Positions 1-14,788 are shown, numbered from the stretch's first letter. The stretch: DNA of 64,000 bases from Octopus vulgaris (GCA_951406725.2 OX597815.1:201252001-201316000); one strand, 5' to 3'. Program-made: numbers and translations. Notes: generated by a model not told the origin, from the sequence alone.

Positions 1-499
1 AACGCACAGCGCAGAAAGTTTTAAAGTAAAATACGAGTAAGTTTATAGAAAGTTGCAAGCCACAAAGAAAAATACAGTTGATTTTGACAGACTTGTTCAC
101 TGGACGGTATTCAAGTCTGAGATATGAGTGAACGAAAAGAAAATTAAACGAGAAATATATGGTAAAAAGAGACAGAGATGGAAGGATTCTAAGACAGAAT
201 GAATGAATGGAAAAGAAACAGTAGGCGATGAAGACAATACATAGAGGAGAAGTAGATTCTGATGAGAAGTAGATGTGTGAGAGGGAAATACAAAGAGTGG
301 AGAACGATAGGAAGAGGGAGGAGAGAAAGATTTAATCTCATTTCGCCGACAGGTATTTTGGCAGCAATTCTAACCTTATAAATGGGAGATAGCCAAAGTA
401 ATCTGAATATCGACTTAGACATAAACACACACAAACGCATATTCGTACACATACGAATACATGCCGACACACTTTAACTCATACACAAATGTTATGTAC

Positions 500-552
500 A
501 TATATACATATATATATTATTATTTTTATATATGTACCAATATGTATGTATG

Positions 553-611
<59 letters not shown>

Positions 612-1004
612 ACATACACACACATATATATATATATATATATACTCACACACATATATACATGTATGCATGTGTGTATATATACATACACACATACGTG
701 TGTATATATTTATATATGCCTATGAATGAATCTATGGATGAAAACAAATATATAAGTATGCATACACAGACGTAAACATATACACAACCACGCGCAAACA
801 CACACACACATCTCTGTCTGTGTATGCAATCTATTATGTATGTATATGTATAGATATATATTGTGTATGCGCATCTATTAATTTACATACACGTACGTAC
901 ATATAAATCTATGTAAATATGTATGATATTTATATACTCATATATAATATATATTTGTATACAATTATAATAACTTATATATATATATATACATATACAT
1001 GTAC

Positions 1005-1039
<35 letters not shown>

Positions 1040-1151
1040 CATACATATTTGTGTGTATACATATATATATATATATGCCATATTTGTGTAATGTATAAGT
1101 GTGTCATTGAAATACATATATATGAACATCTCTCTACAAGCATAAGTACAA

Positions 1152-1211
<60 letters not shown>

Positions 1212-1245
1212 GCATACACACATATACGCATACACACATGCATAT
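500..1245. repeat. Composite (TA)n/(CA)n/(TG)n microsatellite region
   Basis: Long pure TA runs (about 557-601 and 1156-1210) mixed with CA/TG runs; explains the overlapping IY/TH/VC ORFs. Confidence 0.95.
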
Positions 1246-2014
1246 GTATTACAGAAAATTAAGTATGCTTCGAACACAGTCATATCTATGTATGTGATGT
1301 TCTTTGCTCGTGAATATATTTCTACTCATTTGGTAGGTCTATTTTCTAAAATGCAACGTCTGTGTTTCTACCTGAAAACAAGCACTTTCTTAAGTAGGAT
1401 CCATTATACTCTTGTTGTATATTCGTTATTGTCAATATTTATTGAAAATAATTTATGTGGGAAAACTGAATACGTTTATTCATTGCTTGTTTAATATATA
1501 TCCCGTATCCAACGAAATATGTTTTTGTGTATATGTGTATAGAGAATATGTCTACAGTTCTTACGTCCTTCTGTCTATCAATTATTGTTTACTTGATATC
1601 ATAAACTATATTTTTCTTTTACTTTCTAATACATGACATTTCTATACTGTCTTCATCTCGTATATACCATCTGCGAGAAAATCTTTGGTGCACTTCTCAA
1701 ATTTCACGAGACTTAAGGTTTATTAATCGCATTAGTTCCGATTTCATACACGTGTGAGTCTATCGACAGCCCAGGATCTCCCAGCCATTTAGTCTTATAG
1801 ATACATCTATGGTTCTTTTCGTGTTACGTATTACTTCTAATGTTAAGTGCATCATGAGCTGAATTGCTTTGCCTGAGATCGCAACGTGGTCTCTGAAATG
1901 TTGAATCAAGTCTACAAGACAGCCATCGTGATTTCGACTTAATATATTAATTCTGGCTCGACACCACAGTGATAACATATCGGTGACAAATTTGAGGCAT
2001 TAGATTATCTACAG

Positions 2015-2265
2015 TTTTATCTTTTATTTGTTTCAGTCTTTGGACTGAGGCCACGTTCAGACAGCGACTTGAACGATTTTGTTCGATCCCAGTCTATCAG
2101 CATCTTCTAAAGAACGACTCACATACGGGACGTAAACAAATCGTCATAGGTTTTAAAGATGGGCTTTCCTTCTACCAAATTTCATTACTCAAGTTGCTGC
2201 AAATTGGGATTGAAACCGACAAGCAGCGGTTACACAGCGAGCATAGTAACCTATAGGTATCCCTA
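2015..2265 (-). mobile_element. Highly decayed copy of SINE family A
   Basis: ttgtttcagtc...gactg.ggcca, gggacgtaaac and tctaccaaat segments occur in the same order as in the copy at 33806-34219. Confidence 0.5.
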
Positions 2266-2697
2266 TACCTACAGGATTTTTAGATTAGAATTTTAGGAGT
2301 TAGATTTAAAAAAATAAGTCTCCCTTGTCGGTACAATTTCCTTTATTATATATAAAATTCGTATGAAGATACGTTGCATAACTAATGTATTACCGGTCTA
2401 TTTAAAGAACCAACAAACTAATGATTTCTACATTTACAGGGAGCTCATTTACAAAGTATCATACGCAAAGTGACTACCAATATCATAGACACAGAAAGAG
2501 GATATTGTTACTACAATGCGTCGCAGTTCGGTGATAGCGATACCACCACGTAATATTAAGCCAGTGATATTTAAGATGGATTATATTAGCAGACACAAAC
2601 ACACACTATTACACACATACACACACACATATACACAGGCATATCACACATAGGACAAAAGACCACTACCCATATATATATATATATATATATACAT

Positions 2698-2900
2698 TTC
2701 TTTTATTCTTTTACTTGTTTCAGTCATTTGACTGTGGCCATGCTGGAGCACTGCCTTTAGTCGAACAAATCAAGGGCCAGAACCTATTCCCTATTCCTTG
2801 TAACACTAGTATATATTCTATCGGTCCCTTTTGATGAACCGCTAAGTTACAGAGACGTAAACACACACTAGTAAGCGATGGGAGAGGGGGAAACAACTAC
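2698..2900 (-). mobile_element. SINE family A, 3' half
   Basis: cttttacttgtttcagtcatttgactgtggccatgctggagcactgcctttagtcga...ccgctaagttac matches 33806-33990 and 51385-51580. Confidence 0.8.
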
Positions 2901-3001
2901 ATACATATATATATACATATACACAAACACATATATGCACAAACTCACACAGCCACGCAAAGTTATGCACATACAGGTACTCACCTACGCATATATATGT
3001 G

Positions 3002-3035
<34 letters not shown>

Positions 3036-3331
3036 CATACGGTAATGATCACTTATTCATGTTGTAGAGAGGCCACTTCACATATTATATACACTTGAGG
3101 CACATAATACTAAACATATAAACTGGTCATATCAAATACATATATTACTACAACATTGGCAGTTTCGTCTTAGGGATTATTTAACGACCAGCATGCATTA
3201 CGTTAGGATTATCAAAAACTCGCACTTGCAGAACGATATCACTCTTTGTCTCTGTCTGTTTGTCTATCTCTCGGTCTTTCTTTTCTCTTTCTGTATAACT
3301 ATCTTTGTGTGTGCGTGTATAAATAGTGGTT

Positions 3332-3562
3332 CCCCCCTCTTATTTCCATGACACAAACTATGCTCCTCGGCTGTTTAACTCTTTCTCCTTCCCTCCTGGC
3401 CCCTCTAAATTTCTCTTACTCATGACATCAAGAGCCTATACATGGTGATCCCTCACCAAGTGGGGCTTCGATCATTCCAACACTACGTTGGCCTTCGACG
3501 CAACGCAAAACCAGACACATCCACACTTCTTCGTCTGGCCAAACTTGTTCTCTCCCTTAACA
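3332..3562 (+). mobile_element. Penelope-like element (PLE) reverse transcriptase fragment, frameshifted
   Basis: Manual translation PSYFHDTNYAPRLFNSFSFPPGPSKFL / THDIKSLYMVIPHQVGLRSFQHYVGLRRNAKPDTSTLLRLAKLVLSLN resembles the PLE RT pattern PSYxxDT...DIKSLYTxIPH.GL...LLxLxxLVLxxN; one frameshift near 3417. Confidence 0.8.
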
Positions 3563-3930
3563 ACAGATTACAATAAAACATCGGAACAGATAGACGATGG
3601 ATTATATTAGCAGACACAAATACACACTATCACTCTCATAGACACACACACGCTATCACACACATACAAAGGTGGACAGGAAAAAACAAGGACATGTCAT
3701 TCGCAGCCTTCTCTCATGTGAGAAAGCAATCGAATGTGTACAACAAAGACAAAGAAAAACAAACGGAGAAAATAATACACAATTACAAATACAAACTAGA
3801 AAATAACAACAGATGTCTTTCGACTAATAAAGTCGAATCAATTGGAGTTGGCGTGTGTAGAGTGAAAGCCTTTAGACAGGGACATAGGAGATGAACATAA
3901 GAGAGGAAAGTCATATATACACACACATAC

Positions 3931-3967
<37 letters not shown>

Positions 3968-4000
3968 AATGTAACATATATACATATATTTACATACACA

Positions 4001-4051
<51 letters not shown>

Positions 4052-4053
4052 TT

Positions 4054-4149
<96 letters not shown>

Positions 4150-4151
4150 GG

Positions 4152-4272
4152 GTGGAGGCTCCTGTCTTAGTGGTTAGTGTGTTGAACTTATGATCGTAAG
4201 GTTGTGGTTTCGATTCCTGAACCGGGCGACACGTTGTGTTCTTGAGCAAAGCACTTCATTTCACGTTGCTCA
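4152..4272 (+). mobile_element. tRNA-derived SINE head (family C)
   Basis: A-box-like tgtcttagtgg and B-box ggtttcgattcc, followed by gttgtgttcttgagcaaagcacttcatttcacgttgctc, which is shared in inverted form with 4730-4780 and 62995-63035. Confidence 0.7.
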
Positions 4273-4520
4273 TCCAATCATCATAATCATCGTCGCCACG
4301 CACATCGTTTCTACGATATGTTAAGTATGAAATAGCGTCTCATATCACTCACATTTACCATGGATTCACCAATCAAATATGAATAGATTGTTTTTTTTTA
4401 TTTGTGTGAGTGTGTTTGTTGGTGTGTAAGTGTGTATATTTGTGTTTTGTGCTTCTGTGCTTGATGCCAATGTGCCTATTTGATTTAACTCTGTATTCAA
4501 ACAAAGGCATAAAATACGGA

Positions 4521-4606
<86 letters not shown>

Positions 4607-4617
4607 AATAATAAAAA

Positions 4618-4815
4618 CTCCTTTTGGTCATGAATGGCAAAGGGATTGCGCCCTAAAAGTTACCCTCTGAGGCACAAGTCCGATATAGTTAAGCACCAGT
4701 GACGTCGCAATGCTTTTCTACAGCTGAGTGAACTTGAGTAATGTGAAATAAAGTGTCTTGCTCAAGAACACAACACACAGTCCAGCCCAGAAATCGAACT
4801 CACTAACTCATGAGG
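4618..4815 (-). mobile_element. SINE family C, internally deleted
   Basis: ggtcatgaatgg...agttaccc...gcacaa and gaaataaagtgtcttgctcaagaacacaa...aatcgaactcac are shared with 62710-63114. Confidence 0.65.
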
Positions 4816-5728
4816 GTGTATATTTAAGGTGATGTTCATAGTAAAATGAAATGTCCCTCCAGAAAAAAAAGTAGAAAACTCTACCAGAGAATATATTGTA
4901 TATGCCCCTTGAAAATACTGGAGCTCTGATATAAGCCAATTCTTAATTATAAATTTGCATTTAAGGGACATTTAAGGGACATTCGAAAGTGGAATGATTT
5001 AGATACTTGGCTAGATTTTAAAATTTTCGTAGGAGAAATTTGCTTGATAATGTCTCTAACATGGATATCGATTATGTAAATGATGATGAATCGACACAGA
5101 AAATAACTAAGTATACATCATACAGATATGTAAAGCAATATGATTATAAAATATCGTCACCGGAGAATGAAAACGAAGTGAGTGTGATAGAAAATTAAGT
5201 AATAAAGAAGGAAGAATGAAAGAAAAGCAGGGATACAACATAGAAATTAATAAAGAAACCATAGAGAAATATATTTGGCAAAGTAAGTAATTTTTGTTTT
5301 TTAATTACGGGAAACTTGATATCATTAGTACGGATAGTGTTATAGTGAAGTCTATTGTTATAGCATGCTTGACTATATTTTAAGATTATGGAACCAACAA
5401 AGAGAGTAAATGTCGGTAGTAGAAATATTCATGGGGGAGGAAGAGGTGGTTATAATAGAATTGAATTGAATGCTGAAGAACATTCATATACAAGAAAAGT
5501 CAAAGGAAAATACAAAATCCACACACAAACACGTACGCTTACAAGCACAGATACACACGTACACTTACACACACATGTACACTTACACATGCGCACTAAC
5601 ACATACGCACACGACCGATCAGACGTATGCGACTACACAAAAACTCGTCTATGCGAACGTGTCAATTTGTGTGAGAGTTTTATGCATGCGCGTGTGTGTG
5701 TTAGTGTGTGTGTGTGTGTGTGTGTGTG

Positions 5729-6128
5729 TTAAGTTAAGTTAAGTTAAGTTAATGTTTTGGCACAAAAAGCAAAAGCAAGGCCATGTAGGGGTGCATGGAG
5801 TTATGTACAGGGAGGGTGTTCATCCAAAGAGTTCAGGCCATTTATGGTCAAGAGATTCTTTGAACCGAGCAGTCGTCGGCATCTTCACTATCTCGTCCGG
5901 CAGCTTATTCTACGGATCCGCAACCCGGACGGAGAAAGCCTCTCTCCTTCGATTGAGATGAAATCGTCGCAGGCAGAGCTTTTCGGAGTGACCCCGCAGC
6001 GGACGCTCTGGAGCAGGAGTGAAGAACAGCTCTTTCGAGGGGTTACACTTTCCGCTTATGATGTTGTGAGCGAGAATGAGATCAGCACGGCGTCGTCGTT
6101 TTTCTAGAGAATAAAGGTCGAATAAAGG
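5729..6128 (-). mobile_element. CR1-clade LINE, 5'-truncated 3' end with (TTAAC)n tail
   Basis: LYSLEKRRRRADLILAHNIISG...LRGHSEKL...RRREAFSVRVADP*NKLPDEIV...FKESLD is the typical CR1 ORF2 C-terminus; short 3' UTR ending in a 5-bp tandem tail at 5729-5752; (GT)n on both sides. Confidence 0.88.
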
Positions 6129-7312
6129 TGTGTGTGTGCGTGCGCTTAAAATGCACTGCATGATATATCTAGGAGGCATTTAGCAAATACTGTATGTTAT
6201 TGTAAACGATTCGCATTTACAATACCCATTCTTGCAATAAAAGAGAGACCTACTGTATTTCTTCGTAAGATTTGGATACTTCTTTAGGAGCCTTCCACCA
6301 GATATGACCACAAAATGTACACAGGAACTTGATTTACTTACGTGAGTCCCCATACATTGCTAATGCAGAAGTTCTCCAATTAAAACTGTCGTGAAATATT
6401 TTATGATATGAGACTAAATCTGAAATACTTACAATAATGATGGCGAAATTGTATGACACATATTCTCATGTATTCTGGATGAGAAATGCTATGTTCATCT
6501 TCGGAAGAAAATTAATTGAAGTCATACTATGCTTGCGCTTTTAAAGTAATTTTTGTTAGTATGCGTTTGTATGCATTATTATACTTGGATGCCGTCCCAT
6601 TAAAACATATCGTCGTGCAGCGAAATGCTATAATGTTAGGAGGTAATGATAATCGCTAAATTATTCAAACCAACGAAAGTTTGGCGAGACAAACTGTAAA
6701 TGTCAATTGTGCACTTCGCATCCTCTAAGGGTATAATTCTTACTAGTGTGGATATCTAACGCTATATATAGAAACGTAGATATCTTCCCAGTGGCGAAAG
6801 TCATATCTGATTTTCTAAATTGCAGTAAGTTCTTTTAAGCGCATTACGCTGAAAATAACACATGGAGAGGGAATTGTTCATGATTTTATCTAAAGAGAAT
6901 TTAATAAACATACATCGAATGAGAACATGAGTGCCATCCAGATTAAATAGCAGTTCACTATTGTGTTTCACATGAACCAATTACACAGAGAGAAGCACTT
7001 ACTGCTCTACATGTGACCAGAATTTCTTGAAGCAAAATTCGTAAATTAATAAATTCATATCTCAAAGTCATAAGCATAATTTATCCTTAGTGTGTAATTT
7101 CTTTGAAATATTTCGTGATATAATTTTTGCATGAAGACAAATCGGTGAACTGCCTGGATATAATGTCTTTTTCATGGCAAAAATTCAACCGATTACAAGT
7201 ATTTGGTTTTAGTGGTTATTTATCAAGAGTTTCACTTGTCAACTGCAATAAATTTAGTGACGGTTATAGTGCATGGTATAAGAATAAACTGTTGCTTGCG
7301 TACAATGAGTAT

Positions 7313-7495
7313 AGATAGCACGTCGGACAAAATCCTTAGCGATGCTTCTACCGTCCTATAACATTACGAGTTCAAATGTTACCGATGTCAACTTTATAAC
7401 TTGTCCTTCAGGAGCCCATAAAGAAATGCATCATTCAATTTATGTAATCTGCTTATCCTTCCCTTAACATTCCTGTCCTAGTGCTAAAGTTTAGA
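7313..7495 (+). mobile_element. Decayed SINE family B
   Basis: tagcacgtcggacaaaatccttagcg...gagttcaaat..accga.gtcaacttt is shared with 33436-33645 and 57264-57475. Confidence 0.55.
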
Positions 7496-8858
7496 GAGAA
7501 ATATTTCACTAAAAGTGCTGAATAGACTTTTCAAATCCCTTCCCATTCCCACATATATCTAGAATGAAAGTATATTGCTTATTGTGAAGTGTAGATGATA
7601 AATACGCTCTCTACATAGACTACTTTGTGCAGAGTGTGATATATAAATTTTTTGAAACGTAAACATGAAATATCCCATCGATGATAGCCTGATCGGCAAT
7701 AGGAATGGCCTGATCGGTTCAGTACATGTTGATATGATTTTAGTCTATGTCAGACACATTGACAGTGTTTATATTAAGTGTATTATGCCTGTGTGTTGAG
7801 TGAACTAGTTATAAAGAGATAAACCTTAATTTAATGGCGACATGTCTAGTTTACGATGAAACAAATTTGACTTTTGTATATCGTCTCCTTTACCAATCTA
7901 TGCAGTAGTTTTCCATTTTCTGTGTCGTTTTTTGTGGAGGAGGAGGTTGTATATTACTTCTTCATGTTACTGTGATATTCCTCTGAAAAATTCGACAACA
8001 GACTTTTGGGCAATCACAAATTCAGAAATATCCTATCTAGATGTAATACACACCGTTTCATTCGAAATGTGTCAAATTTTATACAGATCTATTATTAGCG
8101 AACAGGAATATACAACAGGGCAGAAAATCCTCCTCCGCCATGGTATTAGAAAAATGAAAGATGCATTGTTTGAAATCTGACTTTGAAATAAACCAGTGAT
8201 CCTTTATTTGAAAATTATGGATATTCAACTTCTGAGTGTAAACCCTTTCCAAAACTTAATTTTTTTATTTATTCTGACACTGAAGTGTACTCATGCATCA
8301 AATACACAATCTTTGCTTAGAAATATAAAATCTTAATTACACACAGTAGTCTCATTATTCCAATTGCACATATTCAAACACAAACACATACATATACACA
8401 CATTAGCGCATCACTGAATCTGAAAGTCATTTATTTTTGTCTAACGACTGCATTCAGGAAATTCAAATTATTCCGTAGTCCAAAACTAAAACAATTAATT
8501 CGCAGTGCAAAACATATTTTGTGTGGAAGGTTTTACCAGACACCTAGACGTATTTTAGACAATTTCGCGTGTTCTAAATGTTTATGCCATGTATTGAATA
8601 TTATGTCTGCAAGAAAATAAAACGATTGCTTTGAAATAACTATATATTTGTCGTTGCTCATTCCCCTTTTCTGATACTGCATATGAAAATAAGTGATGTT
8701 ACATCTCCCAAATAACTATGACAGTAATATTATTATATAAAATGTCAAAATATCAGATAAATTACTGGAAATTTTACGCCTTTTTATTACAAAGCATTTA
8801 TTGTAATATTGATATATTAAAAAGTTTATAATTTTAAAGAGTCCCTGAGGAGGAATGA

Positions 8859-8901
<43 letters not shown>

Positions 8902-8942
8902 GTGTGTGTGTGTGTGTGTAAGTATATATATATGTATGATAT

Positions 8943-9004
<62 letters not shown>

Positions 9005-12000
9005 ATATATATGTATGTATGTGTTTACGTATGTATGTGTGTGCATATGTATGCATGAATGAATGTACATATGTCTTTCTGATTCTGCATTATTTTGTAA
9101 TTTTGATTAAATCCTCGAATCTGACTATTTCATACTAGTTTTCCTTTCCCAAAATTATATGTTGTTATCCGTTGGTTATGAGTCACTAGTTGATGTATAG
9201 CATTTTATCACGTTTGCAGTGATAGTATTATTCTAAATTATATTTGAAATACTTATAAAAAAAACTGTTGCATATATCTAATTTGAACAAGATCCACATC
9301 AATAGCCAACAGGTTATTTTAATAAAATTATAAACAGCAATGTTTCTGTTTGTACTTTGCTAATATAGAACAGCCGTATGTCACAAATATATTCTGGCAA
9401 ATCTACAAAGTAAAAACTTTGCATGTGAAGAATAGTATGTTGTTTTTTTTTTCTTTTCTAAGTCATTGATTTTTTTTGCATCCACCAATAAATTTTTAAT
9501 ACATCAATACATTGGACTTTCTAACTTATCCATATAATTTTTTCTACTCTTGATCTCTAACTGTTCTTCTGTTATGCCAAGTTTGAGTTGATATTGGTTT
9601 ATATCAAGTTCCTAAAAAAAATATTTCGAAGTTCTTTCTGCTCTTTTTTTATTTCATCTCTATTTCCTTCTTTTAATGTGTATATCCTGTAGAATTAAGC
9701 ATGATTTTGTCATAAATCCAATCCGAATTCTTTATCGGCAAAAATACAAAAAAAAAATGGTTTTGATCCGTCTGGAACATACGATTATTCCTGTATTAGT
9801 TTATTTTCAGCAACAATATTTTTAACTATGTTGTTTGGGTCAGAGTTCTTTGCCTATACTCTTTTATTACCGTGGGGAATTTATATGCGTCCCGCATTCA
9901 TTTTTGTTTCAAGGGCCAATATATTTTGATCTATGTGTTCAATTTTTTTCTTTATTTTATGTGATATAATGGTATGTTTACTCATCCTTTTGATGTTATC
10001 CTTCATACGTATATTAAACGATGAAAGTCGTTTTATTTAATATTATTTTTCCGTTTTTAATCTCAATTTCGCCACAGTATATATTTCAGAAGCATTCGTC
10101 AATTTATATATATATATCAATATAATAGTCTCACACTTTTATACAAACATTGTTACCAATGGACTTGTTATTATCTTGCATAATATTAGCTTTGGTATTG
10201 TGTTGCTGTTGTTGTTGTTATTGTTGTTATCATTGTCATTGTTGTTGTTTTGTTGTTGTTGAAGGTTTTTCCTTCTTGACGTCGTCGGTGTCGATGTCGC
10301 TACTACTCTTATTGCTTGTGCTGTTTGTGGAATTTATATTTGTCTTCGAAAGGTTCTACATCGTTCCGAGTGCAACATGCTGCAGATGAAACGTGTATCT
10401 GTGTCTCGTGAAAGCACGTTGTATCTAAGTTATGCTGCGATGATATATGCCTTTGTGTTATTAAAGAGTTTCATTATTTTGATATGAAAGCCTATTATTT
10501 GGAAAATTTGGAAAATAAAATACGCTTCATGTGCTATAGGGTTGAAAATAATTGCTTTTTTTCTATTTTGTGTTATATCATTGTCACTAAGAATATCATT
10601 AGTTATATTCCTTGTGTACACACATCATTGATAAACAGTGTTTCCATTAGTGCCGCTTAAGTGGTGTAAATACCGCATGACATGCTTAAGATGAATTTTT
10701 AGCATTCCTGAGGAATAGGAAAAGCAACTAATATTATTTCTATGAAGTTGCATTCCATAGTTATTCAAGAATCTAAGACTGTGGCAGAAAATATTCGGTA
10801 AACGTGATGCACGCTGAAATCAAGACTAGAACACTTTCGTTAATAAATGAAATACTTAACTTCGAACAGAAGGAAAAAGAAAAATTTTTCAATTCAAGGG
10901 ATTTTTGAAATATGACGGATTTTCTTACAATAAGCAGCGTAAAACATGTGTCGCATTTTTTTGTTTTTGCATTAATAGAATATAGTAAAAGTGTTGTGTT
11001 TCTAGTTATTAGGGTCTTCCTTTCACCTCATATGATATTTCTTAGTCATGAAACTAAGATACGTTAAGTAACATTTTACTAGGAGAACCAATGTTACGTT
11101 TTCTATGAAGGAGAAATATATATTTTTATATCATGCTCTGTGGTATTGATATGCTAAATATCAGGGAAATAAAATTTCTAAGTAAAAAATTGTACGTCAA
11201 ATTAAATGTTGTACGTCTAATTAGATAGCCTGAAATTACAAAATCATACCAAAAACCAACAGTGTATAGTCATGTTTATTTATACTAAAGTCATAATTAA
11301 TGACGAGTTTAGTGTGCTTACAGATATGTAGCGTTCACTAACAAATGTGAACAAGCAAACTTCACTTAGGTTTATGACTAGTTTCCAGTGGATACACGAG
11401 AGAATCCTGATAAAATAGAAATTAATAAAGACCGCAGATAAGGTGTAAGAAATATAATGGCATGCGAAAGCACGCATGCCGTTATATGAAATCATACATA
11501 CGCACACACAAATATGCACACACATGTGTATAGATGAGCACATATATATAATAATACATTAAGTTGCTGGCTGCATAGTTTTCTGTGCACATATTTCCTG
11601 CGTACATATTATATTACACACACACACACGTGTGTATATAGATATCCATGTGTGCAAGTGTATGTGGTGTATATAAACAGCAATATTTATATCTATAAAT
11701 AAATTAGCATCATTATTTGAACTTTGATACGTTTCCATAATTTATTAGAATAAATTGACGCATAAGAATATGGAGAAAATCATTTCACAAAGGAGAAAAT
11801 TCAAATATTATTGCAAAATCAGTTGCAAGAAGCACACAAACTAGAAAAAAAGGGGTTTGAAACGCTTTCATTTGATTAATGAAATCAATTCAATATATGC
11901 TCAATTGATCTTTTAAAATTAATGCAGGTACACATTGAAATTAACATTTGATATATATCATCGCAAGTGTACATGATTAATGTTAGTACACAGAAAAAAA

Positions 12001-12156
12001 AGATCCAGGTAACAATCATTTGTTATGTATATGTACGGTACTTATCTGCATGCATAAAGTAAAGTTAAATTCCGCTATAGGTACATGCCCAATACTTACA
12101 ACTAGGACACGAGAAATTGTATGTGCTACATACATTTTGATTCACATTTTATTCTA

Positions 12157-12158
<2 letters not shown>

Positions 12159-12211
<53 letters not shown>

Positions 12212-12216
12212 ATAGA

Positions 12217-12250
<34 letters not shown>

Positions 12251-12293
12251 TAGATAGATAGATAGATAGATATATAGATAGATATATATATAT

Positions 12294-12361
<68 letters not shown>

Positions 12362-12370
12362 GATAGATAG
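12159..12370. repeat. (TA)n + (GATA)n microsatellite
   Basis: Read directly from the sequence. Confidence 0.95.
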
Positions 12371-13101
12371 AAAGAACAACAATATCTTGGGTACTATATT
12401 TTGAAATGTTTCAGCGGAAACTAATAAGAAAATGAGTATACGTGGAAAAAAAGTATTGTTCATTATTTTTACATTAATGCATATTACAAGCATTTTTTGT
12501 AGATACTTTTCTTCTTAGCTCATTGTTATCTTTACGTCAATCTTGAGCTTTTAAATTTAAAGTGTTACCTCATTGATATACAATGTTTGATGTAAATATC
12601 ATTTCTTTTCATAATTTTTTCGAGTAAGTATACAATTATAAATTTTCTATAAGTTTTCTTTTCTTTTCTCGCGAAGTGCAATTAGAAGAAAATTACATTT
12701 TTTCTCGACGAAATATAGAGTATTTTGTTTTCGTTTCGGAATTTTATGTAAACCATTCTTTTAATTCTCTTTTCTCATAAGATAACGCCTTTTCAGTTTT
12801 TAAAAATGTATTTGATAAATTCATCGCATATTACTGATTGGCAACATTCTTTAAATATATACTGCATGTGTATCTGGAGAATGGTTTTAATGGTTTTCAT
12901 ATACGTTGTCCATTCAAATAAATGCATATTTCTTGAAAAATACAATTGAAGAATTTTGTTACGCAGGAAGAAAATTAAATGTCTTACATCCAGTTATATT
13001 TCTGTATTAAACTTTTGTTATGTTGACCTTCACAAAACCCTCCTGTGAACGAGTTTTATGATATATATCGCTTACTCGTTTGTGGAGAATATTTTCACAT
13101 G

Positions 13102-13218
13102 TTACGTCTAATCCTCTTGCAATAATCCAACGTAATATCCCCGTGCAAGTTATGGAAAGGGATACATTAAACCTGAGCTTCACTATTGTTGTTATGCAGA
13201 CAATAATTGAAATAAAAT
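13102..13218 (+). repeat. 117-bp direct repeat, copy 1 (partner 14597-14713)
   Basis: ttacgtctaatcctcttgcaataatccaacgtaatatccccgt...gaaataaaat aligns without gaps to copy 2. Confidence 0.9.
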
Positions 13219-13469
13219 CCATTTGCCTAAATCCAGTAAATTAAATATCGGCATCGAAATTGTTTGCTCTTTCATGCATTCTATATTCGGAGGTATTGGT
13301 CTTTTAATCTTTCCTTAATTAATCTTTCTTGTCATTCAGCTTTCTGATCAGCAGCCAATTTTGTAAATATATACGTACGTGAAAATGCATATGCTTACAG
13401 AGGCACACACATATATATGCATGTCATGCGTATATATGTATGTAAAGATATATATCAATATATATACAC

Positions 13470-13476
13470 GTATATA

Positions 13477-13543
<67 letters not shown>

Positions 13544-13570
13544 TCATATATATATATTCGTATATATATG

Positions 13571-13622
<52 letters not shown>

Positions 13623-13651
13623 AAGAAACAGATAGATAGATAGATAGATAT

Positions 13652-13690
<39 letters not shown>

Positions 13691-13720
13691 TATAGATAGA
13701 TAGATAGATAGACAGATAGT
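13470..13720. repeat. (TA)n/(GA)n/(GATA)n compound microsatellite
   Basis: Read directly from the sequence. Confidence 0.95.
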
Positions 13721-14596
13721 TGCATATACACACACATATGCTATGTTTTTCAGCGTTTGAGAGTGTTGTGAGAAGTTTGTATGTAAATGCATGCAAGAAC
13801 ATTTTATTAAAGTATGAAAGTCGCGCATTTTTGCGTTAATACATTTCTTCTCACAATTTCAAAGTTAAATATTACATTGAAATTCTATTCAACCCTTCGG
13901 TTTTGATATATATTTTTTGCAGTTTTTATATTTGTTTCCTACAATCTTTTTCTTTTTTTCTTTCATTCTTTTTTCTTACTACACAGAAATGTAAAAAGAT
14001 CTGCCTCTTTATTGATGTGAAATTTTGAATATCAATGCATATAGTTAAACTTTCAATATATATACATGCAGTGAAAATGTTCGTGCTGTAACGAAGAAAA
14101 TTAAATTAGAATTAAGAAGACAAGATGAGAATGAAGTGCACTGTAATTTACAAGTATATGCTTCTCTGCATGCATGCATGTATATTACACTACGACCTAT
14201 GATATGTCTCATGAGATTCTATATTTAGAGCTAGAAATATCTCCTCGAATTACAGGCAAAATCTTTTGAGGAGGTGCAGTTGTTCCCAGTTATGCCGTGG
14301 CACTACCTTCTCCACGTTGTTCTCTTCTATCAAATAAAAACGAAGATAATATAGTTTGTCCCTAGGGTGGATACTTGTTTTTTCAGAATAGATTACCCAT
14401 CTCAAATTCTCATATTTAGACCCGCAGGTATTCCGCCAGTCGACTCTCCTGTGGTCATTCGCGCTTGTTACGTCCATATCAATGTAAATACATGATTATC
14501 GCTACCAGAATGAATGGATGTTGCTTAGGACAAGTTTTCCACATGTCGCATTTAAAGAAGTTGAATCTGAATTTTGTGTATCATAACAAGTACTAT

Positions 14597-14713
14597 TTAC
14601 GTCAAATCCTCTTGCAGTAATCCAACGTAATATCCCCGTACCACTTATGGAAAGGGATACATTATACATGAGCTCCAGTGCTGTTGTTATGCAGACAGTA
14701 AGTGAAATAAAAT
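14597..14713 (+). repeat. 117-bp direct repeat, copy 2, containing a GTAAGT donor-like site
   Basis: Ungapped match to 13102-13218; GTAAGT at 14698-14703. Confidence 0.9.
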
Positions 14714-14788
14714 GCGTGAAATCATATTAATGAAGAGAATATTTAAAACCCAATTCAGAGTGAGGAGCTGAGAAATGGGAAATATTGA

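Noticed and set aside
461-1297. IY/TH/VC/LSIY-rich ORFs here and throughout the window
   Set aside because: Translations of di- and tetranucleotide microsatellites, open in several frames on both strands.
1868-1915. ctgaga...hairpin...gaaa motif
   Set aside because: Core incomplete and no convincing stem I or stem III.
9300-10080. T-rich stretch that might be a decayed minus-strand LINE ORF1
   Set aside because: No recognisable motif and many stops.
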